DNA from: Bigelowiella natans CCMP2755 | Lineage: Eukaryota > Protista > Cercozoa | Assembly: GCA_000320545.1 (NCBI GenBank) | Contig: ADNK01001415.1 | Location: 22,411-86,410, forward strand | Length of the DNA: 64,000 nt | Reading direction: 5' to 3' | Part shown: positions 27,200 through 39,689 of the stretch, in pieces | Layout: each line of letters begins with the position of its first letter | How positions within the stretch are numbered: the first letter of the stretch is position 1 | Made by a program: the position numbers and the translations under genes | Notes under the pieces: generated by a model | Database searches by the model: none | Told to the model about the DNA's origin: nothing | The model's input: only the letters and a program-made list of their open reading frames with translations

Positions 27200-27659
27200 T
27201 CGAGGCACTGCGTTTCGCACTCTGAAAGTGTCATGCAACACTTTGGAAAACGTGGTCGATCACCAAAGTTTCTTTCTTTCTTTCTTTCTCTCTCACAGCA
27301 TTCGGGACGCACGTCGCAGTGTGACGGGTCAGCTGGACTGCACATCGTTGTGATCCATGTCAGCACCAGTGACAGTGATCAGTGGTGTTTGGACTGCATC
27401 ATCGTGGTGTGATGTCAGACTGCATCGTGGTCCATGCCGGTGGTCCAGTGGTGTCACCTTGCCGGCTAGTCACGTGCCAGCGTGTGCGTGGAAGTTGTGC
27501 TCAATTGCACACTTGTCGTTTATACGTTGTCTGTGCTGTCTAGCTAGTTGTCCTTTTTCTCTTTCTGAAACAATGAAACAATGATGATGAACTGCGTTTC
27601 CAAAGTGTTGCAAGACACTTGCAGTGCCAGAGTGTGCGAAACGCAGTGCTTGTTCGAAC
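27200..27659. repeat. Inverted pair of a dispersed ~60-90 bp repeat (GCACTGCGTTTCGCAC...GCAACACTTTGGAAA), possible foldback/MITE
   Basis: Plus copy at 27200-27250 and minus copy at 27566-27659; homologous copies at 39692-39775 and 39918-39978. Confidence 0.7.
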
Positions 27660-28135
27660 AACAAGGTGCAGAGCGTGCGAAGCTGTTCAACAGTTGTGCT
27701 CTGCTGTTGCACTGAACTGACTACCTGACCTTGCTAGCTAGCTGGCTTGCGGATGTGCGATGCGCATGACAGTTGGAATTGAATCTCTGATCGTCAATCA
27801 CGCTGGCACGTGCGATTCCGATGGTGCTGGCTAGCTGGGTGAATTTGTTGTTCTGATGGATGTGGGGTCTTCGATCTTGGTGGGCTCGCGTTCAATCTGA
27901 GTCCACATCACTAGCTCTGGAGCTGCTGCCTAGCTGCGTGTGAACAGCTAGTTGTGCCATCATCGCAGGCGTCACGCGTCTCTTTTGCTAGTTTGCAGCT
28001 CCATGCTGGCATGCGCGTGCATCTGCAATGATGCAGATCTCAGCACCGTGCGCATCACATGGCATCGCACCCCTAGCTAGACCCGAAACAATGGCGCACA
28101 CGCTCACCATCGCAACACAAGAACACCAGGGCGCC

Positions 28136-28553
28136 CTAGAGCTCAAGGGGGGCGGGTTTGCGGACACAGCAATTGCAGGCGCCCTGCGGCCCTGCCGAGC
28201 GTCGCCGGCCGAAGCTGACTTGCGGAAATGGCTTCTCTTGGCGCGTTGCGCCATTTCCGCATTTCACCAAGCCAAAACACAGCATTTTTCTGAAATTCAG
28301 TGAAATCTGCAAATGGAAACTTGCAAACTTCACTGCAACCACCCGCAAATTTCTCGCGCTCCGCGCGAGAAAAACACTCTTGCTTTGGCCGCAAAACCCT
28401 CATTTCCGCCCCCTTTGAGCTCCACATGCAATGGAAACTTGCAAACATCACTGCAACCACCCGAAAATTTTTCGCGCTCAGCACGAAAAAAACACCCCTT
28501 TGGCCGCAATGCAAAACCCTATAACCCTCATTTCCGCCCCCCTTGATCTCTAG
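28136..28553. mobile_element. Non-autonomous TIR element (MITE-like), ~418 bp
   Basis: Left end ctagagctcaaggggggcgg (28136-28155) matches the reverse complement of right end ccgccccccttgatctctag (28534-28553) at 19/20. Internal tandem duplication of the ~120 bp right arm (from 28313 and 28431). Confidence 0.75.
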
Positions 28554-29282
28554 ATCACCCACTACGTGCCAGACTTGAACACACAACACGCACGACATGG
28601 CTTAGCTAGTAGAGCTAGCTATCGCGCGTGCATCATCATCAGTTTGTAGCGGCCGCAATGTCGCTACATGCCGTGCGCGATCATGATTAATTAGCACACG
28701 ATGCGATGAGTGTCTTCCATGCTAGCATAGCGTGATGACTGCGCATCGTTTGACTTCATCATGCCTAGCAGATACGCATGTACATGCAGCATGAACTAGC
28801 AAAAACAAGCTGCAGTGATCCACAATCGAAGATTTCATGGCATTTTTCTAATTGTTATGATTTTATGAGACAATTAGAACAACGTGCATACTTCCATAGC
28901 GGATGGCTGGGTGTGGAACACAAGCTGTTGTATCGTAGTGACAAAACTTCGATGCAATACAAAATGAAATCTAGCAGAAAAAAATATATTTGTGATAATC
29001 TAACCCCTAATAGTAGTATTCTTCCATCACCCTCATGGATGCTACAGTAACACAGCAGGTTTCGACTACCAATCTTGGCGTATCAACATGTCCAGCAATA
29101 CGGCAAATTTTGACTACCAATCTTGGTATTAGTTCGTGTATGGCGTGTAAATTTTTATATACCATCCCTGAAGTAGGATTGACACCTGCTACTAGGAGAG
29201 AGGGTGTACAGCTTTTAATTATCAATTATTTTTTATTTCCAAATTTGAGAAACCTACACCATCATCACCCAAGCAGCAGGTA

Positions 29283-29789
29283 TTATACGTTAAAACTCTC
29301 GCCACAGCCACATGTTCCTTTGGCATTTGGGTTCTCAAATGTAAACTCTGCTCTAATATCGTCCTCTACCCAATCCATTTTTGTCCCAACTATGTAAAAT
29401 ACTGCCTTAGAGTCTATGTATACGTCTACTCCGTATGCTGAAATCTTTTCATCGAACTTGCCTTCCTTCCCTTCCTCTTGGTAGTCCATCACGAAGGACA
29501 TCCCATTGCAGCCTCTTGTCCGCACACCCAGCCTTAATCCTGATATATTCGAATCCTGATTTTTCTTCCGCTCGATTAGCGCCTTTATTCTATCCGCTGC
29601 GGCTGGCGTGAGCTCCACCACGTCTTTCTTCGGTATTCGACTTACTCTTTTTGCCCTGGATGAGCTATTGGTGGAGAACTCTAGTCTGGAAGAATTTGAT
29701 AAACATGTTTTTCGTATCTCTTTCCTCAGGGTTCCCCTTGACAAGATCCTTGTTGTAGTAGAGAGAAAAGCCTTCAAGGGCCTTTGCAT
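29283..29789 (-). CDS. ISCA1: Mitochondrial iron-sulfur cluster assembly A-type carrier
   Basis: LTPAAADRIK, GLRLGVRTRGCNGMSF, IVGTKMDW, FENPNAKGTCGCGESF; basic presequence from ATG 29789. Confidence 0.95.
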   Translation of the reverse strand: MQRPLKAFLSTTTRILSRGTLRKEIRKTCLSNSSRLEFSTNSSSRAKRVSRIPKKDVVELTPAAADRIKALIERKKNQDSNISGLRLGVRTRGCNGMSFVMDYQEEGKEGKFDEKISAYGVDVYIDSKAVFYIVGTKMDWVEDDIRAEFTFENPNAKGTCGCGESFNV

Positions 29790-30257
29790 TTTGGTGAGGG
29801 GCACCACGAATTAATTACTGTTGGTTAATGGACACCCAATTTTCAGACACTACGTTGAGCCTTTGAAAGGCATATTTTACCCATTCATAATCTAAGAAAT
29901 AAGTACGACAACCCTAGAATTCTCAGGTACCCATCAAAATTGATAATCTCGGAACGGTCGAAAAGTGGCGAGCGAGGAAGCGAAGCACAAGCACAAGACG
30001 GAAGAAAGCCTTCCTTTTTTCCCAACTTTTCTCGCTCTCACACGCGATATATTTCGGATATTTTGTTGGATGTCTCTGCATAGAAACGCCCTCGGATTTC
30101 ATTTATCTGCAAGATCAATAATCGCCGATGATCTTCTAAGACATAATCATCCTATCCCCATCCCAACACATCTTTTAACATACATCGGCGTTCTGTACTC
30201 CATTAGCTCCTGCTAACAGGGCAGAGTTTCATCGACTCTGGGGGCCATTGTTGGAAG

Positions 30258-30339
30258 ATGTCGGAGTCTAAAATCACAGGGATGCCTGTGGACTTAAAGG
30301 TCTCATAAGAAAATACACCCATAACAGAGCAGCGATGTA

Positions 30340-30388
<49 letters not shown>

Positions 30389-32054
30389 AAGGGCGGCAGT
30401 ATTTTTTTATATTACTCTGCTTTTGATTTTTGGCATTTGTCGCAATTATTGCCCTTATGCGTGGGGTGCCTGTTCTGGACCTGTTGATGTACATGTGGAT
30501 GAAAAATGGTGCTCAGGATATGCTGGATCCATATCTGAAGGATTCGCTCGTCACACTGCTTGAAAACAGGCCAGAGGATCCAATTCGGGTATTTTTTAAA
30601 GAATGGAAAGGGGGGGGGGAGGGGGGAGTGGTCAGAAAAAAAAAAAGCAGAAAAGTGAATGGGAACAAGAGAAGTCTAATTTATTGCTGTGTCCACAGTT
30701 TCTGGCTGAATATTTCCGCAATGCAACAAAGGGCATGAAATCTGTCGCGCGTAGTTACAGATATATCAGACTTACGAAGCACAATAGGTCGTTTGTAACA
30801 CAAAGGAGAATATCAGTGCAGACGTTTGAAGAATAAAATTTGATTTGCAAACAGAGACGCGTTTATGGAGAATTTAGCATCGGCATTCAGAGCGATGGAT
30901 GCGGAAAGGGGTAATAAAGAATGAAGTCAAAAATCAAATTTCGTTTTCTTTCCTGAACCAAGTCTAAACTCAGGAGTTGGAGCATCAAAGAAGTCAAGTA
31001 TCGCTTCCCCTGGAGTAACACAAAGCCAGTTCAAAAAGGTGGCAATATAAGCCCAGATAGATTAAAATCCCTCCACTCAGCATGAACTCAAATGTATGAT
31101 TTAATTATCAGTTGGTCGAGATGCTTTGCGATGATTTTCCATTAGACGTGATCGATGGCATCTTTCAAGTACGAACACCCAATTTTTTAGAAGAAAATTC
31201 TATTTTTGCAGTAGTTTCAGTGATTTTGTGCATGATTAGATTATGGGAAAGCGCAAAGATGACCCTATAGATTTCAGAGAGTTCTGCGGAGGCGTTCTTG
31301 CATGGTACTTGCAAGTCCTTACACTATTCACTCCATCTCTCTCTCTCTCTCTTTCTCTCTCTCCCTCTCTTATTTCTCTTCGTCAATTTCAATACAGTTC
31401 TTGCACTGCATGCTATAGTCTCCTTTACAATCGTGGGTATGTGTGGATGATGATTGTTTGGTAGTTTGATATATGAGGAGTTCTTCGAACAAGTGGAGTG
31501 GTTGTTCAAGTGTGCCGACACATCAGGCTCAGGAACCATTTCTGGTGCAACTCTAATGCAGGTGAAAACAGATCAGTTTCTTAGACCTTCATGTTATTTA
31601 ACTCGTTTGCTGGTGCTTAGGTTATAGATGCAGTAAAACGCAAGCCGAATTCAGCGGTGCAGGTACGGACAGAGACATCTATTATAACTGTAGAAGTGCA
31701 AATCCTCCCAAAGTTTGTCATACCTTCGTTCTCAGATTCCCTCTGATGGCGAGCTTCGGAAATGTTTGCGTGAGGTCGGTGTAGACCAAGGAAGGCCTTC
31801 CGAAAAGCAGCTATGTTTTCAGGAATTCGTCCTTGCAATGTTCAAAGTAAATTTATCACAGTGTACACATGAAAAGTAAAAGAATCTCAGCGTTTGACAC
31901 AATTCTATTGGATATTGTTATTCAGATCTGTATTCCTCAAAATTTTAGTGCTGAGATACATAGTACTGACTCAAAAAAGGAAGGGTCCAACTCACCAACA
32001 GCCTCCCGAGGAAGCTCAGCATCTTCAAGCTGCAAACCAGAGCACAGCACATGA
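30258..32054 (+). CDS. Tubulin polyglutamylase complex subunit-like protein (TPGS1/CSTPP1 family), multi-exon; 3' end uncertain
   Basis: LLENRPEDPIRFLAEYF (Dpy-30/RIIa-like), YIRLTKHNRDAFMENLASAF, LVEMLCDDFPLDVID, IDFREFCGGVLAC, YEEFFEQVEWLF. Confidence 0.7.
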
Positions 32055-32379
32055 CTGATGTTATTTTTTTATGCTTCCGATCCGCTATCGTAGAGGATAT
32101 TCAAGTTTGTCGGACTCCTAAAGCTACCAATAACAAGCACCGTTGTACATAAACCATCAGAACTTCGTAGCATTAAAAATCTAGACTTGCGACTTTAAGC
32201 AGTATTTAATCATTGAATTACTGGCAATTGGCTCCACGCGGCTACACACAATTGAAACTAAGATTTGTGAAAAATAAAGCTTGTTAAGACGGCACTTTGC
32301 ACGTGGGCTTAGCCAACTCTATAACTCCCAGAATTCGATCACACTTTGGCCCTTGCTTGAGCTCTGCACATTGACTGAG

Positions 32380-33060
32380 AACTCTGAGCCGTATGCACAG
32401 ATCAAGAGATCATCACAGTTTTTATCATTGATGCATCGCATTGCATTGCACAGCTACATGAGGATGACCATTGAACAAATTTAATTGATTAATCACACCC
32501 GTCTTACATCGCATTGCAGTTTTCAGTCATCGATATGTACACATCTTCCAACCATGCAAGGATGCGATGTACGAGGGCAAATGTTGCGAGTGCTGCCGAG
32601 CTTCACATGATGTACATGTGTGGAAACAGCACTAGAGCACACAAATTAGCGGCTGCGAATGAAAGCGTCTTGAGCGCAAGCATCATGTTCTAAATGCTGA
32701 CACACTGCTGATGAAGCGAATCAAGCAAACAATGATGTGCATGTGACACACATGATACAAGATTCAGCATGCATTGCATGCGTTGTGCACCTGCTACTTT
32801 AGCTAGACGCATGCGAGCAATGTCTGCTGCAATGTGCACATCGCATGTCTAGATGTGCACATGCAGCACACATGTGTATTTTTTGTCATCATCGACGTCA
32901 AATGACATCCGTTGTGTCAGAGCTGTGAGCGAGCTGTAGTTGCTCAATGATGCGTCGGAAATTATTCAAGCATACAACTGCATGAATGGCAGAAGAATGC
33001 ACACATCTAGATATCTTCCGTCTACAAATCATCGCAAAATGGAACATTCATGCTCATGAC
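32380..33060. other. Palindrome/RY-rich intergenic spacer S6 (convergent junction)
   Basis: gcatgtctagatgtgcacatgcagcacacatgtg etc. Confidence 0.7.
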
Positions 33061-33237
33061 AGCTGAGACAGTTTATGATGTTTAGATATGATGTCTGTGC
33101 ATTTCTAACTTTAATTGTCAAGCTTCCGATCCTTCGTTTGACAATAAGTGTCGCCATAATTATGCCAGTCTCTCACCCAATGTAGGAGAAAACAGAGCAG
33201 CTATAATTCCTTTAACGGGGGAATAGTAAATTTCTAT

Positions 33238-34129
33238 TTAATTCGATGCCTGCCATAACCAAAGCTTTGATGTACTACGAATACATATCATCGTCCATAT
33301 CGTGCCACCTGTATCACCATTATTCATCATGGGTTGAAGCAACCGCGATGGACAGTGAGATTCGAACCTATGACTCCATTTTGATACGTGAAAATAATCA
33401 GATCTCCGAGGAATAGTCGTGCGAATAAGACTAGTAAGGCCTACGTTTTTATCACACTCAGGTGATGAGCAACAAATCTACAGAGCTTCAAATTTGACAT
33501 GATACCAAGGGAAGCATCTCGATAACTTTTGCTGTTATCCAGTCCATTTTACAGGAAGCAACTTTCTTTTCTGCATGTAGCAAGATCATCAGTTGAGGGG
33601 AAGCAACAATTGTTTGCTAGTTTCATGTGTACCATACGGTTTAAGTGCCTTTTCAAGTTTCGCTATCCTGATTCATGCAGTGTGAGAAGGATTATATTCT
33701 ACGTGCAGCGCGTTTGCATGGCTGTGTTGATGAATATTGTTTGTTAGATGGATACATACTTGCGCTGAATTTTTGAGTACTTTACAAAGTCTTGCGCAAT
33801 GCTAAGAGTCTTTAAGGTCTCACGCAACCGTGCTGAAATTAGCAAAATGTGAGATAGTCAAATCGACTGAATTAAGTCAACTCCATGGTTTGGGACCTAT
33901 TTCTTCCTTAATATCCTTCAATCCTTCAAGTGTTTCCTAATTATAAAAATTCATTATCCTGACAATAGAAGAGAGTTGAATTCCTGACTACCCGATCTAT
34001 GAGGACCCAAAGCATTACAGCCTCGGCAGCAGACACGCCTCTTTTTGATGCAACGAGCGCCATTGTCGACAACACCAACACCCAGATCCATGCCGACGAT
34101 TCTCCGGTTGCGGTCTCTATGAAGTTCAT
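33238..34129 (-). CDS. GET1: GET1/WRB-like tail-anchored protein insertase (multi-exon)
   Basis: N-terminal TM, coiled coil RLRETLKTLSIAQDFVKYSKIQRK|IAKLEKAL, then TM segments (LLVLFARLFL; GGTIWTMICIR). Confidence 0.68.
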
Positions 34130-34301
34130 CGCCTTTGCTCGAATGCAAGCTTGAGCATCACCCGGGCCGGGTGCTCGGAGCTGGGGTTTGGCCAGGGAAG
34201 GCGATCTTGTTTTATTTGAACATATGGTGTCCGTTTTCTATGTGCGACAAGGAAATATGATAGTCGCTGCAAATTCCCTCTGAGTGCGCAAACCGCCCGC
34301 A
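34130..34301. promoter_or_regulatory. Compact bidirectional promoter (GET1 / PPWD1)
   Basis: Only 172 bp between divergent ATGs. Confidence 0.6.
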
Positions 34302-36636
34302 ATGAAGCGTTCCAGGGACGACGAAGAAGAGGTTCTTTGCTAGCTGATTGCGTGTGTGTGTGACTGCCTCTACACTTCTAGTTCTGAGTTAGTTTATTTC
34401 AGAAGAAAAAGGTGCAGCAGCAGGAGGAGGATGAGGACGATTCCGACGACTTCGGTCCTGCACGGCCAACGGGGGCTCAGGATGATGATGACTCCGACGA
34501 TGAGGACGTGGGCCCTCCGAAGCCACCGACAGAAACCAAGCCAAAGCGTAAGAAAAGGCGTAAGCTGAAATTTGAGAACCTTTACCTCTCTAAGCTTCCA
34601 AGTGCAAAGGTTCCTAACATAAGTAATGAAATATTAAAGAATTTTGGACCGCTGTATTGAATAAAACTAAAAACTGAAACCCGCCAACTTCTCAGATGTA
34701 CGAGCACAGCTTCATGCACCGAACGTCTATCTCCCACGTCGTTGTGACTAAGACGCAGTTTATCATCACAGCATCCGTTGACGGATTCTTGAAGTTTTGG
34801 AAGAAGACTCCCGGCGGTCTCGAGTTCGTTAAACAATACAAGGCGCATTTAGAACCAATTGTATCTGTTTCCGTGAGCGTGTGTGGGTTCTACTGCTGCT
34901 CTGCCTCGACAGATAAGACGCTCAAAATCTACGACGTTCTCAACTTTGACATGATAAACTTGGTGAACTTAAAGCAATCCCCAACCAGCACTGCTTGGAT
35001 CCATGAGCAGAAATCTCTGAGAGGGGCTCTGGTAGCGGTCGGTTTCGGTTCGGGTTCAATTGAAGTATTCAGAGCGGACGGTAATATGGAACCTGTGCAC
35101 ACATTCAAGCCACACAATGCACCGATCAAGTTCATGCAGTATAACGAAAGCTTTAAGGTTGCAGTCAGTGTAGATGCAAAAGGTGAGCACTCCTCTGAAA
35201 CGACACCCCTCATGTATCACCGATGATAAGCTGCTCCCGCTAATCTTAATCTTAACTTTTCCCATCATCATCATCATCATCATCAACAACAACAACAACA
35301 ACCACAGGTATGATAGAGTATTGGTCGACGGTTGACTACAAGACTCCCCCGAGCAACGTTGATTGGACTTACAAAACCGACACAGACTTATACGATCTGC
35401 GCAAAAATAAGACTTTGCCAACGTCACTGGCTATGTCTCCGAACGGAAAATACTTCGCAATCACCTCTGACGACCGAAGGATTCGGGTCTTTAAGTTCGC
35501 AACTGGGCGCCTGATTAGAATGTACGATGAAAACCTGGACATGTACAACAAGCAACAGCAGGACGAAGACTCACGGTTCCACTTGGACAACATCGACTTT
35601 GGTCGGCGGATGGCCATCGAAAGGGAGCTCGATAAGGAGGTTTGTATGAGTTGTTCAAAAATACAGGCACGCATGTTCCTTCATCATTTGCTTTTCGCTT
35701 CCTCTTTAACTCGACGAGTTTCTTCTTAAACAGAGCCAAGACGATGAAAAACGGATTCCTCCTTCAAATGTGGTGTTCGATCAGAGCGGAAACTTTATCA
35801 TCTATCCGACGATGTTGGGTATCAAAATGGTAAATCTTGTGACAAACAAGTTGAGCGGAATTCTGGGATTCGTAGAGAACACAGAGAGATTTCTTGGACT
35901 CTCTCTCTTCCAGGGGATCCCGAAGGGAGAAGGCCTATCGGCAGTTGCTTCTCTCGGCTCCAGTGAAGCTCTATCCGCCGGAAATGCTTTGGATGCAAAG
36001 CGCAATTTGCTCAGTCAAGAGGACCCTTGTGTCTTTTGCACGGCTTATAAAAAAGAAAGGTTCTTCTGGTTCTCACGACGGGAACCACAAGAAGAAGGCC
36101 GAGATATCTTCAATGAGAGACCTATCAAGAAGATGACAGGAGCTGCCGCAAACCAATCAAAGACAATGGGCAACGTCGCTGTCGTTCACACAACCATGGG
36201 AGATATGACGTTAGTCTTGTTCCCCAAGGAATGCCCGAAAACGTGCGAAAACTTCATCACGCACGCGAAGAATGGGTATTACAATGATACCCTCTTCCAC
36301 CGGGTGATTAAGAACTTCATGGTGCAAGGAGGAGATCCGCTAGGAGATGGAACGGGCGGCGAATCTATATGGGGTGGGGAATTCGAAGATGAGTTTCACC
36401 GAAATCTTCGCCACGATAGGCCGGGTGTGCTGAGTATGGCAAACGCCGGTCCGAACACAAACGGTTCTCAATTCTTCATCACAACGGTGCCATGTGGCTG
36501 GCTTGATGATAAGCACACGGTATTCGGGAGGCTTTCAAAGGGGATGGAAGTCCTCAAAGCAATTGAGGGCGTTCATACAACTGATGAGAAACCCGACGAG
36601 GACATCAAAATCATCAATATAGATATCTTGACCTAG
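34302..36636 (+). CDS. PPWD1: WD40 + cyclophilin spliceosomal PPIase (PPWD1/CYP71)
   Basis: YEHSFMHR, ITASVDGFLKFWKK, DFGRRMAIEREL, FDQSGNFIIYPTMLGIK, RDIFNERP, FHRVIKNFMVQGGDPLGDGTGGESIWG, SMANAGPNTNGSQFFIT. Confidence 0.97.
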
Positions 36637-36869
36637 ATTTCCTTTCTCGTTGAAAGAAATCTGCTGCGCTTCAGGGTCTTCGCTTAGCGTAAATTGCCAT
36701 TTCATCCAAAATAAAAGTTGCTTCTTCGCAACGGGGCAACCTTGACATACCTTTTCCCTCCACTAAAAAGAGCCACATCAATTAGTCACAGCATTTTATT
36801 TATTACAGATGTGAGTTCAACCAGGCATGTTAACGATGGCCAACATCATACATTCTACATATTTATATG

Positions 36870-37620
36870 CAGAGCATGTATGTGCGTGGTTGCACCGAGT
36901 GCCCCGATCTAGATAAGTAAAAACCTAGCACCATAAATGCATAACATTAGCAGAGCTAGTATGGCGCGCCCGCGTTATTGATCGAACGCAAAGCACAGCG
37001 CCAACTCCCTGTTTTGCTTGTCTTCGTTGCAAGCCGCAGCATATATGGTGGTGTGTATGCGCCTATAGAAGACGTGTTATAGTCCAGCCAAAGTGCGCAC
37101 AGCGCATGATGGTGTCTTCCACGCGCCTGAATGAATATGTGCATACGTGGGAATAATAATGAACGCGAGATGGAGATAGCTGTCGTTTGTAACCAATAAG
37201 CGTAATTTCGGCCTGCTCATGAACGTGAGCAGATCGACGGATGTAATGGAGTAATGGATGCATTGAATTTGTTCAATTGTCATCGACTCATGTGTAGCTG
37301 AGCAATGCTAGAATGCAGCGACTACAGCGGTAATATTAAATCTGTTGGTCTCCGCTACGATGTGTTGCATGAACGTACTGCCTTGCATTTCATTGAAATA
37401 TGTCCAACGGTCGTGTCGCATCTATCTCGCTAGCTAGCTCGACATGGCGCGTGCTGTGTCATGCCATAGCGTGCATGTCACATGTACTAACATCACGTAG
37501 GCATTTCCAGCTACGCTTGCGCCATTATTTAATTCGTTCCGACTGCTGAGCGATGCCTGCTGCATGTGTTTTTGGCATACGCATGCCATAAAGTTTGATC
37601 GTATTGAGATGTTCTTATCA
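36870..37620. other. Palindrome/RY-rich intergenic spacer S7 (convergent junction)
   Basis: ctagtatggcgcgcccgcg, cgctagctagctcgacatggcgcg, gtgcatgtcacatgtac. Confidence 0.7.
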
Positions 37621-37800
37621 ACGCTACCATTCGGCTGCTGTAACATTTGACCCAAGAAGTGCAGCAAAGCAAATGAATAAATAATAAGGATGATTAATAC
37701 AAATCCTAATGCGCCAGGCAGCCGGCGATCCTTATTATCAACAACGTACTATCAGAATTTGTCACACTTATACTCAGTGCCATATGATCGACGATTATTA

Positions 37801-39299
37801 TTATGCACTCGCTCCAGTGGCATTGTGAGTCTTCGATGCATTTTTAGCCGATGGATTCGCCTTTTGACCTGTGAACACCTGTAACCTATCCATTTCGTTG
37901 TTGTTCTCGCTCAACTCCTGAGAAGACATGTTTTTATGATATGGAACCCAATTCAAAGGCTAATTTTGTACCTTCTTTAGTTGTTGAATGCGGCTCTTCA
38001 GCACATTTATTCTTTTCATCGCTACATTCTTCAACACTGTAGGTAATTGCCTGGAACACATTTCGAACATATTCAACTTCAGAATTTGTCATAGCTAGCA
38101 ACATGGGTACATATTAACATGTTTAATTTACATTATTCATTTTCATATATAATATCTTTTACCCCCGTTCCATGTCAGTTTGAAGCTTGTCAACTGAAAG
38201 CTCTTTGGAAGCTGAAGCCTTGCGAGAACCCTACATGATGAGTGAATGTGTCGGTTGTGTTTTCAGAAGGTCAACAAACAGTAACAGTAAGAACGATCCT
38301 TAACAGCACGAGTACCGCCGAATGATAATGTTCGCCTGCCATTCCTGTTGAGTTCTGCAGGTCACTCAGATTCTGTAAATTCTGTAAAACAGGCAGCTGT
38401 TGAAGGTGAACAAACGCACAAAGAGATTAGTACCTGGCTTGCTTCGTAGGGTAGAGGCAGGGGTGGTTGAGGGGAGAGTTGTGGACAGAGTCGACGAACT
38501 TCATCTGCTTCAATCTCTCCAGATTCACAGTCGACTGGAACTCCACTTGGATGGGTTTTTTCGGGTGAAGGCATTGTTCTTCCGGGATAATTCATTATAG
38601 AATCAATTGCCTGTTTACGACATTCATTTGAAAGCTTAGCTCAAAGGGGAGCGTAATGGGCACAAGATTCAACGTGACACCTCATCTGATCCAACGATAG
38701 TCTTTCCGAACGGGTTGACACCATTCATAAGAGCGCTAGGAACACTGAAAAATAGTAATTGCTTTCAATACTGTATCCATCTACCCTTATCGATCGTGGA
38801 GTGTGTGTAGGAAACTATATAAATTTTCAAGTCGTCAATGCTTCGATTCATTGTATGGTAACCTGAGTGGGAATGGTGGGTATCCCTGGCTTGATGCATT
38901 CATATGATGCGCATGAGCGATACCCTCCGTATCGTCCATTGCCATCGATGATCCGATATCTGTCCCGATTCGAGCAGCTGGAGGATCATCCATAACAGGG
39001 TGCACCATTTGTCCACCCCCCTTTCCTTTTGAGTTATCATTATATTCGACCGCGGTAGTTCTCCTCATACTTCTAAATATCGAAAAAAAAACATTGTGTC
39101 CCATATGAATTACAGTTATATCGACTTTTGAATGTGAGGGAAGGATCCAGAAAATTGATATTGACCCATCCTGTTTTCCCGCTGAGGTTGAAGTAGCTTT
39201 GAATGACGACCGTGGAACAGGTGCAGTTGCTGCCGAGTGGGCATATACGAATAAAAGGGAACATAGCCCGTAAAACATTGATCTCTTCGCCACCATCAT
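37801..39299 (-). CDS. Unknown putatively secreted protein (multi-exon)
   Basis: Signal-peptide-like start MMVAKRSMFYGLCSLLFVYAHSA; several GT-AG-bounded exons ending VFTGQKANPSAKNASKTHNATGASA*. No homology recognised. Confidence 0.5.
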
Positions 39300-39545
39300 T
39301 GTCCTTCAGAGAACGAGTTGCTTGGTGACGATGATTCAAACTCAAATTCAAATCTTCTAGAAACGAAATAAAAATTCGGGACATCTCATGATAATTAAAA
39401 TATTGGATAAATTATAATTGTCGCACGGTAAAAACAAAAAGAATTTTATATTACACGAAGCTAGGGAGATTTGATGTAGTCTTATCTGATACTGTGTTGA
39501 CGTAGATGTTTCAATCCCATCCTTTTTTTTGGAGGTGATGAGCAG

Positions 39546-39608
39546 TTACATCAGCCACCGGAGCTGTCGAGCTGTCTGACATGCAACGAGACTTCAGGAC
39601 TTTGGATT
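39546..39608 (+). pseudogene. Short fragment resembling the BRAP2/ETP1 zf-UBP start
   Basis: After a CAG acceptor it reads LHQPPELSSCLTCNETSGLWI, similar from memory to the BRAP2-type QP..S.C..C.T.ENLW.C motif; truncated before the next Cys pair. Confidence 0.3.
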
Positions 39609-39689
39609 TCAAATGAGATCTTCACTCCTCGATGGCTAAAATGCCATTCTTGATTCCTTCTGGTTTCACTAGTTAGACCTCACTAAAGT

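Larger units (their letters stand above)
27150..28830. other. Palindrome/RY-rich spacer S5 (head-to-tail junction) containing repeat elements
   Basis: Same word composition as the other spacers, plus the repeats listed separately. Confidence 0.75.

Noticed and set aside
28313-28553. Direct repeats as a CRISPR-like array
   Set aside because: Only two ~120-bp tandem units with no unique spacers; explained as a duplicated element arm in eukaryotic DNA.
29064-29130. Short direct repeat gactaccaatcttgg (also aaaaattatcctcg x2 at ~58497)
   Set aside because: Small local duplications with no further structure.
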